From the IMG/VR virus record IMGVR_UViG_3300010348_000458, positions 1-62,231 of that record: a stretch of 62,231 nt of DNA; one strand, 5' to 3'. Positions 37,108 to 47,312 of this stretch are shown here, piece after piece (position 1 is the stretch's first letter; each line of letters begins with the position of its first letter). Below the pieces are notes generated by a model that saw only the letters and a program-made list of their open reading frames with translations, ran no database searches and had not been told where the DNA came from. Source of the stretch: a virus. Position numbers and translations under genes: made by a program.

Positions 37108-40100
37108 ATTGACATTCCTCTCCGCACAGACCGTTGAATCCGTGCATCCAGTTTCGTTGCGTCCGTTGTTCCATAAATGTTCACGCCACCCATATTGATA
37201 ACAACCTGCTTTCCGGCAGAGACGGTAACCGGCATCGGGGTTTGTGGAACAGTAAACATTGATCGTACCAATTCGTTGTGCGGAACAATTGTACCACCCC
37301 GACTCGGAACAAACAACTCCGCTCCGCGCTCTCCGACAAGATAAGGGCTTCCGGATTCGACATAACCGCCCATTGCCTTCGGCGCAAACTTAACTCCGCC
37401 ATTCATATTTAATAACCGTAACAACCAGTCTGGAAGCACCATTCGAATTAGCTTTTCGATTTCCCTTTTCACGCCGTCAACCGCGTTTGTTACTATTCTG
37501 GAAATTTCATTCCATGTATTTGTTATGGTTGATACCAGACCACTCCAAAACGAATCCCAATCTCCCTTAATCCCATCACCAAACGCTTTGAGTACGTCTT
37601 TAATATAGTCCGTTGTAGCTTTCCACAGGGATTGTATTGCAAGAACTTCCGTGGCGGCAATGTTTGTTACAGCCTTCCAAAGAGCGCCCCATTTTGCTTT
37701 CACGTCAACCTCTGTTTTTGCCCATTCCGTGTCCCAATCGACTTTTTCCCTTTTCCACCATTTCGATAGAACGCCCTCTGTGGCACCGCGAGTTGAGAAC
37801 CAAGCCAAGAGCGAACTCCATTTTGCTTTCATGTCAACATCTGTTTTTTTCCATTCCCCGTCCCAACTAACTTTTTCCTCTTTCCACCATTTCTCTAGAA
37901 CGCTCCCTATGCCACTGCCAGTTGCTAAGCCAGTCCAGAGCGAACCCTTCATTTTTTCGGCAATGCGCGCACCAGTCGCAACCGGGTCAAACCCCTCGCC
38001 CTCTGGATTGAAAAGGATATTCCATATCTCATTAATGGTTTCGCGCCAACCAGGTCCAAACGCATTATTCAATTCAGCGCGAAATTGAGCTACGGCAATC
38101 CAGAATTTTATCTTTGCCTTTTCCCATTCAATGACGAGCGGCTTAAATGCATCCTTCATCAGGCTCGCAAATCTCAATTTCAACTTTTCAGCCGCTTCGT
38201 CAACGTCCTTATTGAACTCTGCAAAGGCATCGCCAATTCCTCCACCGAGACCTCCAAAATCTTCCTCGTCAAATTCGCCGCCACCACCGCCGGACTTCCG
38301 CTTTCTTTCGATATCCTCCAGTAGCTTTGCGTATTCCAGCAACGCATCTACCAGCTTTTTTTGCATATCGAGTTGCTCTTTTGCGATTTCCAAAAGCTGT
38401 TTTCTGACCTCTAAATCTGCTTCCGCCTGAATGCGCGCCTGCTTTGCGGCTTCTCTTTCTGCATAAGCCGCATCTATTTCTTTCTTCTTCGCCGCCAACT
38501 GTTGACGACTTGCTCCCTTGCGTAGCATATCATTGTATTGTCGGATTCCCATATTGACAGCGGCGCTTGCGCGCTCTTCGCGCTTTTTGGCTTCTTCAAT
38601 TCTCTTTTCTGCTTCGGCAACAAGTTCCTCCGCAACGGCAAGCTCTGTTTGTCGGCGCGCAAGCAGGGCAATCTCTTCCCCGTATGCACCAGCCGCCAAC
38701 CTGACTTTTTCGTAAAAATCTTCGCCAATTTGTTCACCTCGACCAAGCGCTTCTATCATTTCCTTGTAAACAGCGGCATAGGTTTTTATCGCCTGTTCAT
38801 CGTCATCAAAAATGATAGTCAGGGCATCTTTCAGCGGAGCCTTGATGGAGTCAAAAACATCCCAATCTATATTTGTAAACCCATGCAACCATTCTGCCAT
38901 GGTTGCCGCACCCCATTCATCAATATATGGAACGATCAATGGCGGCGAGTGGGGACGAAACCATTTGGCAATCAGATTTCCAACAAATCGGATGGCAGAA
39001 ACCAGAACTGTTGTTGCGCCCCTCACAATCCCGGTTGCAAATTCAGTAATGAATCGAAACCCCCACTCAAACGCATCCGCCATGTATTCTTGTAATTTCA
39101 GGAGGGTATTTCCCAAATCATTAACAAACACATCACTGTTTTCTGCTGTCAACTTGAACGCTTCAGCAATAAATTGAATTGCGCCAGCTAAATTAACAAT
39201 TGCTTGATACAGGCTTCCGCCCTTGTTGAAACTTTTGCCAAGCTGACTGCCTTTGGCAAGCGCCTGTGTTATAGCGTCAAGAAAACTCTTGATACCCTGC
39301 GTGACATACAGCCATGCCCGCAAGAACGGTTCACCAAGAACCTCTTGGAATTCCAGAACTTCACGGCGCAATGAGCGCCATTGTTTTGCTGGTGAAAGCA
39401 TGGAGGCTTCATAGACTCCCTTCAACTCTTCGTCGCCAACGCGTAGAACTTCATTGAAGGCGACTTGGACCTTTTCCAATTCTGTTAATTCGGCAGAAGT
39501 TTTCCCAACCGATTCGGCGTATTTCTCAAAGCTTGCTTGCAGGTCAACGTTCAACCCAGCTGTGCGAAGAACGCGTTTATTGTAGGTGATAATACCATAC
39601 ATCATGTGTTCTAGCGCAATTGACGAATCTTGACCCATTATCACCGCCGCGCCCTGCGCAACCCTGGCAAAATCAGTCGCTTTCGCAAGGTCAAGTTGGT
39701 AACGCGCCATATTTGCCAGCAAATAGTTCGTCGCGTCTCCCGTGACATTGAACGACCTGACCTCTTTTTCGTATTGGTCGAGCTGTGTCTTGGTATATCC
39801 GGATCGAGTGCCTAACAGGTCAACCACAATTGCAAGCTCTTGAATACGACCTGCATACGCCGTTGATTCTGTGATAAGCTCTGTCATTGCCTTGGATGCA
39901 ACGGTGATTGCGCCAACGGCGGCAGTTGCGGCTATCGCAATGAGACCAAATCCAGCCGTTATTCCAGCAAGACCAATTGCGCCACCAGTCGAAAGCCCGC
40001 TGACAGCATTGGTGACATATTTTGTTCGATCCTTGACTTTGTCAAGGACGCTCATGTATTCTTTCGCACCAATCTTAAATGACTTGGTGTTGAAGATTGC

Positions 40101-40136
40101 GTTGATGCCGATTCGGTTTGTGCCAACGTAGGGCAT
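37104..40136 (-). CDS. Tape measure protein
   Basis: 1010 aa. Gly/Ala-rich hydrophobic N-terminal segment, long A/E/K-rich helical core. Position after the chaperone pair. Confidence 0.85.
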   Translation of the reverse strand: MPYVGTNRIGINAIFNTKSFKIGAKEYMSVLDKVKDRTKYVTNAVSGLSTGGAIGLAGITAGFGLIAIAATAAVGAITVASKAMTELITESTAYAGRIQELAIVVDLLGTRSGYTKTQLDQYEKEVRSFNVTGDATNYLLANMARYQLDLAKATDFARVAQGAAVIMGQDSSIALEHMMYGIITYNKRVLRTAGLNVDLQASFEKYAESVGKTSAELTELEKVQVAFNEVLRVGDEELKGVYEASMLSPAKQWRSLRREVLEFQEVLGEPFLRAWLYVTQGIKSFLDAITQALAKGSQLGKSFNKGGSLYQAIVNLAGAIQFIAEAFKLTAENSDVFVNDLGNTLLKLQEYMADAFEWGFRFITEFATGIVRGATTVLVSAIRFVGNLIAKWFRPHSPPLIVPYIDEWGAATMAEWLHGFTNIDWDVFDSIKAPLKDALTIIFDDDEQAIKTYAAVYKEMIEALGRGEQIGEDFYEKVRLAAGAYGEEIALLARRQTELAVAEELVAEAEKRIEEAKKREERASAAVNMGIRQYNDMLRKGASRQQLAAKKKEIDAAYAEREAAKQARIQAEADLEVRKQLLEIAKEQLDMQKKLVDALLEYAKLLEDIERKRKSGGGGGEFDEEDFGGLGGGIGDAFAEFNKDVDEAAEKLKLRFASLMKDAFKPLVIEWEKAKIKFWIAVAQFRAELNNAFGPGWRETINEIWNILFNPEGEGFDPVATGARIAEKMKGSLWTGLATGSGIGSVLEKWWKEEKVSWDGEWKKTDVDMKAKWSSLLAWFSTRGATEGVLSKWWKREKVDWDTEWAKTEVDVKAKWGALWKAVTNIAATEVLAIQSLWKATTDYIKDVLKAFGDGIKGDWDSFWSGLVSTITNTWNEISRIVTNAVDGVKREIEKLIRMVLPDWLLRLLNMNGGVKFAPKAMGGYVESGSPYLVGERGAELFVPSRGGTIVPHNELVRSMFTVPQTPMPVTVSAGKQVVINMGGVNIYGTTDATKLDARIQRSVRRGMSI

Positions 40137-40145
40137 ATATCACCT

Positions 40146-40409
40146 CTATTGTTTTTGCTTACCGCGTGCCGCTTTGCTTTTCTTTTCCGCTTCTTTTCTT
40201 GCCTGTTCTTGTTCGACAAGTTCCATCTTCGAGAAAACCTGGTCGTGCGCTATCATATAAGCCAAATCCTCTTCTGGTCTACAAATCCCGAATTGAGATG
40301 GGCGCATTGACCATTTTGAAACTGTGTGAACGGCAGAAAAAATCAGCGAGTGTTGCCAATTGCCCTGCTCATCCAGTTCGACTTCTTCAATCGGTATTCC
40401 CTGCTTCAT
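40146..40409 (-). CDS. Tail assembly chaperone, downstream ORF
   Basis: 87 aa. Overlaps the upstream ORF by 23 nt in another frame. No clear slippery site seen. Confidence 0.5.
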   Translation of the reverse strand: MKQGIPIEEVELDEQGNWQHSLIFSAVHTVSKWSMRPSQFGICRPEEDLAYMIAHDQVFSKMELVEQEQARKEAEKKSKAARGKQKQ

Positions 40410-40971
40410 CTGTGGCGGCGCGTATGTTACCGCGAAAGGTGGCGGAGGCAGATTTGATTTCTTCCTCCGTCACAGCACCTCGCACAGAAAGCGTCATAAT
40501 GGCTTCGATTGCCATTCCAATATCTTCCGGAGTCCGCAATATCACAGTATTAATGTAGTGGATTCTCCGGTCATTTTTATCTTCCGGTATCTCAATCCCA
40601 TACCGGCGCTGTCGCTGTTCCCATTCAGTATCTGCATCCGGGTCAGCGATAATTCCGTCCAGCATGATTTCTGTTCGGATGTTTGTTTGTTCTTCTTCCA
40701 TTCTGGCAACCGCGTCGCGGTGTTTCCGCCAGTTTACCTTGTCCTCTTCCGTAACAAGCGTTGTTTCGTCGTGCTTGTGAACTTCCTTTGCACCGCCAAC
40801 GATTTCAACCTCATAGGTTGGCGGATCAATCGGCTCTCCAGCATCGCGATACCGCTTTTCAACTGCGGCGGTTGCCATGTTCATTTCCATGATGGAAATT
40901 GGCTGAAATTCTACTTTGCGCCCTGCGGCGGTGTAAAAGTAGTTTTCTTGCTTTTCTGTTCGTATTGCCAT
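40387..40971 (-). CDS. Tail assembly chaperone
   Basis: 194 aa, acidic. Lies between the tube-like and tape measure genes. Confidence 0.55.
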   Translation of the reverse strand: MAIRTEKQENYFYTAAGRKVEFQPISIMEMNMATAAVEKRYRDAGEPIDPPTYEVEIVGGAKEVHKHDETTLVTEEDKVNWRKHRDAVARMEEEQTNIRTEIMLDGIIADPDADTEWEQRQRRYGIEIPEDKNDRRIHYINTVILRTPEDIGMAIEAIMTLSVRGAVTEEEIKSASATFRGNIRAATDEAGNTD

Positions 40972-41076
40972 TTTAATCCTCGCTCGCTTTATTGGGAACA
41001 GGAATCGGGCGGCGTTTGGCGGCGGGGGGAGCGAGTTTCCCCGTCACGCCGCCCGGTTCCTATTCCCTGAAATGTG

Positions 41077-42543
41077 TTATCCGTTTACGCCAACAATCAT
41101 GGCGGTTCCGGAAACAGCCGCTCCGGTAGCAATTGCCTTATTCGGGCTGGACATCCACACGGAGGCAAGCCCCGTATTTGTCGGAACCGTTACGCTGCGC
41201 CAGGTTCGTCCACCGTCAATGGTCATGGCATATAAACCAGCCGCCGCGCCATTAACATACGTTACCGCGCCAACCAGGTCGTTTACAAAATGCATGTCCT
41301 TGACAGTGCCACCGGCTGTCATGCCCGGCAAATTAATGGCAATCCAGCTTGTTCCGCCGTCCATCGTCATATACAATGGCTCATCTGCGCCGCCAACCAA
41401 AATGCGATAGCGGCTAAATGCCTTGAGAGCGTTCAGGTCTGCGCCACTACCAGTCGCTGGGAAAGTTGCCCAAGTAATGCCGCCATCTTCGGAGAAGCAA
41501 ATCTTGTCGGCTTTAGCAACACCAAAGACAAGGTTTTCGTCAACGGCGGATAATGCCAGAACGTCAATCGCACCAAATGCACCAACGGCGGCAGTTACGG
41601 TAAAGGTCGCACCGCCATCTTCAGAGAAATAAACGTTGCCAATGCTTGTGCCAGCCCAAATATGTTCGCGATCAAGCGCAATCAATGACTTTGGATTCGG
41701 AACAAACTCCCCATTCGTTGAACCAGCCACAACGGTCGTCCAGGTTGCTCCGTTATCGTCGGAGTAAGCCAGCGTACAAGGAGTTGCGGCGTTCGTAGCG
41801 CGAGCGCAAAGAATACGCCGAACGCCAGGAGATTCATCAAAGACAACAACCCCATTGATGTTAAATGTTGCGCCAAACGGATCGGCGGCGGTTGCTGCCC
41901 ACGTGACTCCGCCATCCGTTGAAACTAAAAGTTTCGCGGTTGCGGCGGCAGCGGGGTCAGTTCCAATATACCAGTTTGTTCCTTCTTCCAATTGCTTTCC
42001 ACAATCAGAACCACACAAGTAACCGGGAGGAGAATACACAACGGTTCCGGCGCCGGTTTCCGTAGTTGGCAACCGCGCGGCGGCAGGAAACCGAACATCG
42101 ATTCTGTCTGGCGGAGCAGAGAACTCAACCTCGTGAGTAACCTCATTGTCGTCCACATGGTTAGCAATATTGCTCAACGTATCATTGGTGACTTCTGCAT
42201 GCTTGACAATTGCCGCGCGTTCCCAATTTGCAAATACACCGGCACGCCCACATTGGCTATAAAGGACATAAATGTTCATCGGGCATTTTCCGCGCTGTTC
42301 AAGCCAGCTTGCGGCGGCGTCTACAAGTTCTGTAATGCTAAACGTAATCATGTCCGGGGTTGAGATTTTGCGCGCAACAGCAATATGACCGTTTCGGTCA
42401 CGGTTCCAGCAGTAAGCGTATTCGCGCCCACCCTGCGGGCTTGGGATGCTGTCAAGGTCTGCGCAATCCCCCAGGTAATAGGCAATCCCACCATCCTCGA
42501 ACTGGACGAAAAGGGACGCATTTCGTTGGGTAAATTTACTCAT
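41077..42543 (-). CDS. Tail tube-position protein with C-terminal BNR/Asp-box repeats
   Basis: ATG 42543 with a GGAGGTAT RBS. Six S/T-x-D-G-G-x-T-W/F motifs (STDGGVTW, SDDNGATW, SEDGGATF, SEDGGITW, TMDGGTSW, TIDGGRTW). Confidence 0.65.
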   Translation of the reverse strand: MSKFTQRNASLFVQFEDGGIAYYLGDCADLDSIPSPQGGREYAYCWNRDRNGHIAVARKISTPDMITFSITELVDAAASWLEQRGKCPMNIYVLYSQCGRAGVFANWERAAIVKHAEVTNDTLSNIANHVDDNEVTHEVEFSAPPDRIDVRFPAAARLPTTETGAGTVVYSPPGYLCGSDCGKQLEEGTNWYIGTDPAAAATAKLLVSTDGGVTWAATAADPFGATFNINGVVVFDESPGVRRILCARATNAATPCTLAYSDDNGATWTTVVAGSTNGEFVPNPKSLIALDREHIWAGTSIGNVYFSEDGGATFTVTAAVGAFGAIDVLALSAVDENLVFGVAKADKICFSEDGGITWATFPATGSGADLNALKAFSRYRILVGGADEPLYMTMDGGTSWIAINLPGMTAGGTVKDMHFVNDLVGAVTYVNGAAAGLYAMTIDGGRTWRSVTVPTNTGLASVWMSSPNKAIATGAAVSGTAMIVGVNG

Positions 42544-42943
42544 GCAATACCTCCTTTTTATGTGCATGTCGCACAATTTTTGATGTCAATCGTCCGGTAA
42601 GCGATAGGACGACCTGTTGAATTACAATAGGATTTTTCTGAATGTCATCCACAGTCCAGATGCCGCTTTCGTGAAGTGCATCTGCTATCATATCTGCAGT
42701 CAACTGCGGAATATCCGACATTCGTTCCCAATCCACGCCGTATGGCACGCCCATAGCAATTGTCTTGCTGTTTACATCCCCAAAGAGGATATTGCCTTCT
42801 TTGTGCTGATCAACAACCTTGTTGGCGGGGATGGTGCAACGACGAAGCTTACCATCTTGACGGTATTCTATCAGAACGGATTTTCCAATCTGCCTGATAA
42901 TTTTTACCGTTTCTTTCGCGGTAGACGATTTTTCTTCTTCCAT
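42536..42943 (-). CDS. Neck / tail-terminator-position protein
   Basis: Assigned by position. GGAGGACT RBS. Confidence 0.5.
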   Translation of the reverse strand: MEEEKSSTAKETVKIIRQIGKSVLIEYRQDGKLRRCTIPANKVVDQHKEGNILFGDVNSKTIAMGVPYGVDWERMSDIPQLTADMIADALHESGIWTVDDIQKNPIVIQQVVLSLTGRLTSKIVRHAHKKEVLHE

Positions 42944-42951
42944 AGTCCTCC

Positions 42952-43479
42952 TCACATTCCATGTCCGCTCAATCGGATGCCGCGCTTAACGGCATTGTTT
43001 ATCTTGCGGACAAATGTTTTTTCGCGTTGTCTGGCAATATTGGCGGCAAAATTCCTTGGCTTAATTCCGGGATGAGTCACCTGCTTGAACGAATACAACG
43101 GTGGCTTTGCCTTCCTTCCGGCAAACGAATTGACGACGCCAACTCTTGTTTTAGGCTTATATCCATCTTTGCGAAATCGAAGCAATCCACTTTTGTTTCT
43201 AGGGGTGATAGGATGCTTTTTAGTTCCATTGTTGACCCATCCATAAATCACATCATCTGTTCCTACCAGGAGTTCCATGGATTGTCCGGTAACCGCCGTT
43301 ATAGACTCGAATCTTGGCTTATGTTTCCATGTCCTTGTTGTTTTCTTGAACTGTTTTTCGAGATATTTTGCCTCATTCTCCAGTTCTTTTTGAACTTCTG
43401 CGGTTACGGAACGTAAGTCAAACTTTGAAACGGTTGGCATGATTGCTTTTAGCGTGACAATGCTACTATTGCTCGCCAT
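42952..43479 (-). CDS. Head-tail connector-position protein
   Basis: 175 aa ORF. Assigned by position. Confidence 0.5.
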   Translation of the reverse strand: MASNSSIVTLKAIMPTVSKFDLRSVTAEVQKELENEAKYLEKQFKKTTRTWKHKPRFESITAVTGQSMELLVGTDDVIYGWVNNGTKKHPITPRNKSGLLRFRKDGYKPKTRVGVVNSFAGRKAKPPLYSFKQVTHPGIKPRNFAANIARQREKTFVRKINNAVKRGIRLSGHGM

Positions 43480-43651
43480 TGACTACCTCAAATATCTTTA
43501 GTCCATCCTCAACAATTTCCAGCATTCCGGGAACATCCCGGCTGTCCACGTATCCCGCCAGTCGAAACAACCCAAACGGGTATGCGCTTTTCGTTACAGA
43601 GCCAATATAAGTGTTGATGTCGCCAACGCCAATATAACGAATAACAGTCAT
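43466..43651 (-). CDS. Hypothetical protein
   Basis: 61 aa, coupled by overlap. Confidence 0.4.
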   Translation of the reverse strand: MTVIRYIGVGDINTYIGSVTKSAYPFGLFRLAGYVDSRDVPGMLEIVEDGLKIFEVVNGEQ

Positions 43652-43729
43652 GCCGTCCTCGCCAACACTGGCTTTTTGTTCTTTATGCTCGACACGCGGC
43701 GCGAATACAACTCGTCCACCTCAACCCAT

Positions 43730-44173
43730 TTATGGATTCCTTTGCATACGGTTCTGAATGATTTGTGCCTGCCCAAATTCAGTATAACCAATTTCGGCGG
43801 TTCCAAATGCTGGATATTCCGATCCTGTTTCGCCCTCACAAAGAACAAGCCTTCCAGATTGAATCATGTCGAACTGTTTGTTTAGCCAATCCAGCCAAAT
43901 TGATCTGTCCTCATCTTTCAGAGCGGCGCCACATGGGCAGTTTTGTAAGACGGCGGCATCAATGATATTCAGCTTGCGCAAATATGCATCCGCCCAAGAT
44001 GCCAACGTGCAATTACAAGCACCAACGGCGGCAAGGGCGGCATGAATATCAGAAGCGGCAATATCAAGCGCACTTTCAACTGCGGCGATTGTAAGTGGAT
44101 CGCCCAAGTCTAGCTTGGAACACATCAAGTCATTATATTGCTGTACGGTTGCGTATCTTCCATTACAAGCCAT
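43730..44173 (-). CDS. Head-tail adaptor-position protein
   Basis: 147 aa ORF. Confidence 0.5.
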   Translation of the reverse strand: MACNGRYATVQQYNDLMCSKLDLGDPLTIAAVESALDIAASDIHAALAAVGACNCTLASWADAYLRKLNIIDAAVLQNCPCGAALKDEDRSIWLDWLNKQFDMIQSGRLVLCEGETGSEYPAFGTAEIGYTEFGQAQIIQNRMQRNP

Positions 44174-44213
44174 GACAATACTCCTCTTGGGGCGGCTTGC
44201 GCCGCCCCTTGAG

Positions 44214-44408
44214 CTAGTCTTTTATGGATTTGGAAACAACCCGTTCTGTGGCTTCGTAAATTTCAAGCGGAGTTGGCTTTGGGTCTGCTGTCTCGACTAT
44301 GTGCCGAATGTCTTGCAAAGTTTCAGCCGTGAGCAAATCAGAATTGCGCTTGTACTCAACCACACTATCGCTATCGGCTTTCTTTTTTGTTCGGGGTGTT
44401 CTATCCAT
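44214..44408 (-). CDS. Hypothetical protein
   Basis: 64 aa ORF. Confidence 0.4.
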   Translation of the reverse strand: MDRTPRTKKKADSDSVVEYKRNSDLLTAETLQDIRHIVETADPKPTPLEIYEATERVVSKSIKD

Positions 44409-44422
44409 GAAAGCCTCCAGAA

Positions 44423-45391
44423 TTACGCGGCGGGAATGGCAATCGTGATGCCATTGTCGCCAACTTCGGCTTCCGCCGTATCTTCTGCAATGTTACCAAC
44501 CCACATATCATTCGCGCCAGAGATATAACCGCCAGCGTTGGAATAATCGCCCTCGAAGAAGTTACCAGTCACGATGTTGTCATCACCGGGTGACGCAATG
44601 AGATTGGTTCGCAAGTTGACAGTTGCCGTATGAGCATAACCAGTAGCCTGAATCACATTCCCCATGAATCGGCTACCATTACAAGTCATGTCAATGTTAT
44701 TGTCATTGTCCATAAAGGTGTTGCCGATTACATGATTGCGGTATGGAATAGCAAGCGGTGTCGTTCCGGTTAAAAGTGCCGTTGCAGTTCCACCGGCATT
44801 GTGAAACAGGGAAAAGAAGTTGTCTACAATCCAGACGTCATACGCACCATGGGTAATAATTCCTGCCAGTCCGGTTGTTTGACCATCAAAGTAACAGTTC
44901 CTAATTTGGGTTCGGATCGAAATGTCGTTTGCACCGGTGTCGGTATGACGCAGTTCGATACATGAAGCCCCGGTAGGGGCAAGGAATCGGAAGTTCTCTA
45001 CCGTCCAGCCAACACAGCGTAAGTCAAGACAAGGAAGGGCAGCGTTATCGCTTGCCCAAGATGGGGAATATCGCCCCATCCCAACAATCTTGACGTAACT
45101 TGGAGCGTCCGTATAAGCGGGGGTAACAACGCTTTCCGCCGTCATACTGCGAACAACAATAACTGAATGGTCGAGATTTTTTGCGCAAACCTTATCAACC
45201 GCCTCTTGAACAGTCGAGAGCGGAAAGTTTGGGTCTGTGCCATCGTTATTGTCGTTGGCAGCGGCGTTGTCATAATCCACATATAAGACAGTTGACTGCG
45301 GCAAGGAACGGATACCCAACTCGTTGTCTGAACCAGAAACGCCCCATTGACCCGGATAAATCGGGTACATGCGAAGCAAAGGCAAATTCAT
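44423..45391 (-). CDS. Parallel beta-helix repeat protein
   Basis: 322 aa with repeated G-N-x-(F/I/V) turns (IGNTFMDN, MGNVIQ, VTGNFFEG, WVGNIAED), as in pectate-lyase-like folds. Confidence 0.55.
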   Translation of the reverse strand: MNLPLLRMYPIYPGQWGVSGSDNELGIRSLPQSTVLYVDYDNAAANDNNDGTDPNFPLSTVQEAVDKVCAKNLDHSVIVVRSMTAESVVTPAYTDAPSYVKIVGMGRYSPSWASDNAALPCLDLRCVGWTVENFRFLAPTGASCIELRHTDTGANDISIRTQIRNCYFDGQTTGLAGIITHGAYDVWIVDNFFSLFHNAGGTATALLTGTTPLAIPYRNHVIGNTFMDNDNNIDMTCNGSRFMGNVIQATGYAHTATVNLRTNLIASPGDDNIVTGNFFEGDYSNAGGYISGANDMWVGNIAEDTAEAEVGDNGITIAIPAA

Positions 45392-45406
45392 AATTGGTTC
45401 CTCCTT

Positions 45407-45676
45407 TTAGTCGTTATCTTCGGCTACTGGAGAACCATAGCAACCTGGAACTGGATCAATTACCTTTGGCGTTGCGCGGTAGGCTTCAAGAAAAGCCTTT
45501 GCCTGCTCATATACCTCGTAGGGATATAGGGCTGGATTGGCGGCTCTTTCCTTGATAATCGCTTCTGCTTTCTCAACGGTCATACCGCCATATCCAGCGC
45601 CAAGATATGCCTCCATTTCTGGTGTTCCGGGTTTGATACTCCTTAAGCCAGTTTTTGTTGTTTTACGTGCCATCAT
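45407..45676 (-). CDS. Hypothetical protein
   Basis: 89 aa ORF. Confidence 0.5.
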   Translation of the reverse strand: MMARKTTKTGLRSIKPGTPEMEAYLGAGYGGMTVEKAEAIIKERAANPALYPYEVYEQAKAFLEAYRATPKVIDPVPGCYGSPVAEDND

Positions 45677-45708
45677 ACTCGCTCCTTTTCAGGAAGATTC
45701 CCCAAGGT

Positions 45709-46800
45709 TTAGGGAGTCGTTCCAGAACTATAATAGATACCCTGGTAATCGGTAACGCCAACATAAGTCGCGTCATTCCAACCGCCAATGACATCTTCAA
45801 CCAGATATTCAATATCGCCAGTTGCGAAAGAACCCATTTGATAAGGCGCGGGGCTTGTACCCATCACCATTTCAATGTCGGATTTCTTTTTTGCAACCCA
45901 AGGTGCAGGTGCGCCCTGCAAGCGAACAACCGTCACCGCGCCAATTTCGTTGGGGTCTGCAAAGAGATACCAAGGAACATTCGGCGCCGCAGTTGCAATG
46001 TAGGGATCAACATGGATACCGGCAATGTAGTCCGAAAGAACGTTCTTGTCATTGGTTGCTACTCCAGCCATTTGCAACGATTCAAGAATCGTGCGCGCCT
46101 GGATGAGCAAAATGGGCGGAATAACCAGATGAATCCGGCGAATTTGAATGGGATTGCCAAGCACGTCGGTTCTGGTCATCATGGCGTTGATTCCAATCGC
46201 AAGATTGGCGGCGGTCAGCCTGCCAGTTCCAGAATACGGCGCGCCAAGCGCAATCAAAGCCGCCTGGGTGGTTGCGTTGTCGTATAGTGAGGAAACATAC
46301 ATATCCTCGAACCGTGCGGCGGCGCGTGCCATCCGTGCTGGAGTTTCACGGATTTTCCCCAAGTCATCATTCAAAATCGTTTGCCAGGAAACGTCAAATT
46401 GCCGTGCAAATTCCTTAACGGCATACTGGATTTGGCTTTCTGCAATATAGGTTGCATGGGCTTCCGCTTTCTCCGCGCGGGGGTATAGGGTTCCCGGCTC
46501 GGTCATGCGATAGCGGTCAACGGATCGGAAATCAGGAGCCGTATCAGCCTTGGTGTAAAGCTTCCAGCTTCCACCCTGATATTCATAATCCTTCAAAAAT
46601 TCGCGAGAAAGCGCATCGCTAAAATAATATGGGAAGTGCGCCGTAGTCATGGCTTCGGCAAACCGTCCGCTATTGGGAGCAGAATGAAACATCTCATTCA
46701 GCGCTCGCAACCGGATTTCGGTCTGTTCATCGCCAAGCAACGGGCGTTCCGCGTTGATGTATTCGGACATCCAACTTAAAACTGAACCTGTCATTGTCAT
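45709..46800 (-). CDS. Major capsid protein
   Basis: 363 aa with a GGAGGTAAT RBS. Position after the scaffold and decoration-like genes. A Mu GpT-like head module is suggested by gene order. Confidence 0.7.
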   Translation of the reverse strand: MTMTGSVLSWMSEYINAERPLLGDEQTEIRLRALNEMFHSAPNSGRFAEAMTTAHFPYYFSDALSREFLKDYEYQGGSWKLYTKADTAPDFRSVDRYRMTEPGTLYPRAEKAEAHATYIAESQIQYAVKEFARQFDVSWQTILNDDLGKIRETPARMARAAARFEDMYVSSLYDNATTQAALIALGAPYSGTGRLTAANLAIGINAMMTRTDVLGNPIQIRRIHLVIPPILLIQARTILESLQMAGVATNDKNVLSDYIAGIHVDPYIATAAPNVPWYLFADPNEIGAVTVVRLQGAPAPWVAKKKSDIEMVMGTSPAPYQMGSFATGDIEYLVEDVIGGWNDATYVGVTDYQGIYYSSGTTP

Positions 46801-46814
46801 TACCTCCTTTAATG

Positions 46815-47300
46815 TTAGGCTCCGCGCTGCATAACTGCCACGCGTTGAGTGGACGCAGTAGCACCACCCTTCGGGAAAGTATCGCTTGCAATATCATCAG
46901 CAACAGCAAACCCAAATAAGGTATTTGCCGCACCAGTGTTATCGAGCGGCGATGTTGACAGGTACACACCCGCAGGCATAGTTGCGGAATTGTCATAGTA
47001 AACCGGGTCTCCGATGTTAATTGCGCCAAAAGTAGACTCCGATCCTGTACTATACGTGAGAACATTCCGCACATCGTGACGATAAACCATTGAATTTGTG
47101 AAATCAATCACAGCAATTGAACGGCTTGCGTCAACGGAAAGAATTGTACCGGTTAATTGAGTACCCGGTAAAACGCTGGTAACTTCCGCCGCATTGGTTG
47201 GAGTCGGGGTTGTGTCCGTCAACCTTGCGTATGGGATTTCCCAATGGCGTACTGCGCCCTCACTGGAAACCTCATAATCATTATGGATTGCTTCGGTCAT
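46815..47300 (-). CDS. Head decoration-position protein
   Basis: 161 aa. Assigned by position only. Confidence 0.45.
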   Translation of the reverse strand: MTEAIHNDYEVSSEGAVRHWEIPYARLTDTTPTPTNAAEVTSVLPGTQLTGTILSVDASRSIAVIDFTNSMVYRHDVRNVLTYSTGSESTFGAINIGDPVYYDNSATMPAGVYLSTSPLDNTGAANTLFGFAVADDIASDTFPKGGATASTQRVAVMQRGA

Positions 47301-47312
47301 GTTTTTTACCTC

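Noticed and set aside
37637-39177. Multiple 80-185-aa plus-strand ORFs inside the tape measure gene
   Set aside because: They are shadow ORFs antisense to a 1010-aa gene with strong positional and compositional support.
40387-40409. Programmed frameshift joining the two tail chaperone ORFs
   Set aside because: The overlap and order fit the G/GT paradigm. However, the downstream ORF is in the +1 frame rather than -1, and I could not find a slippery heptamer. It is not called.
43648-43848. 66-aa ORF overlapping 43730-44173
   Set aside because: It overlaps a longer, better-placed ORF by 119 nt on the same strand, has odd composition and lacks an RBS.
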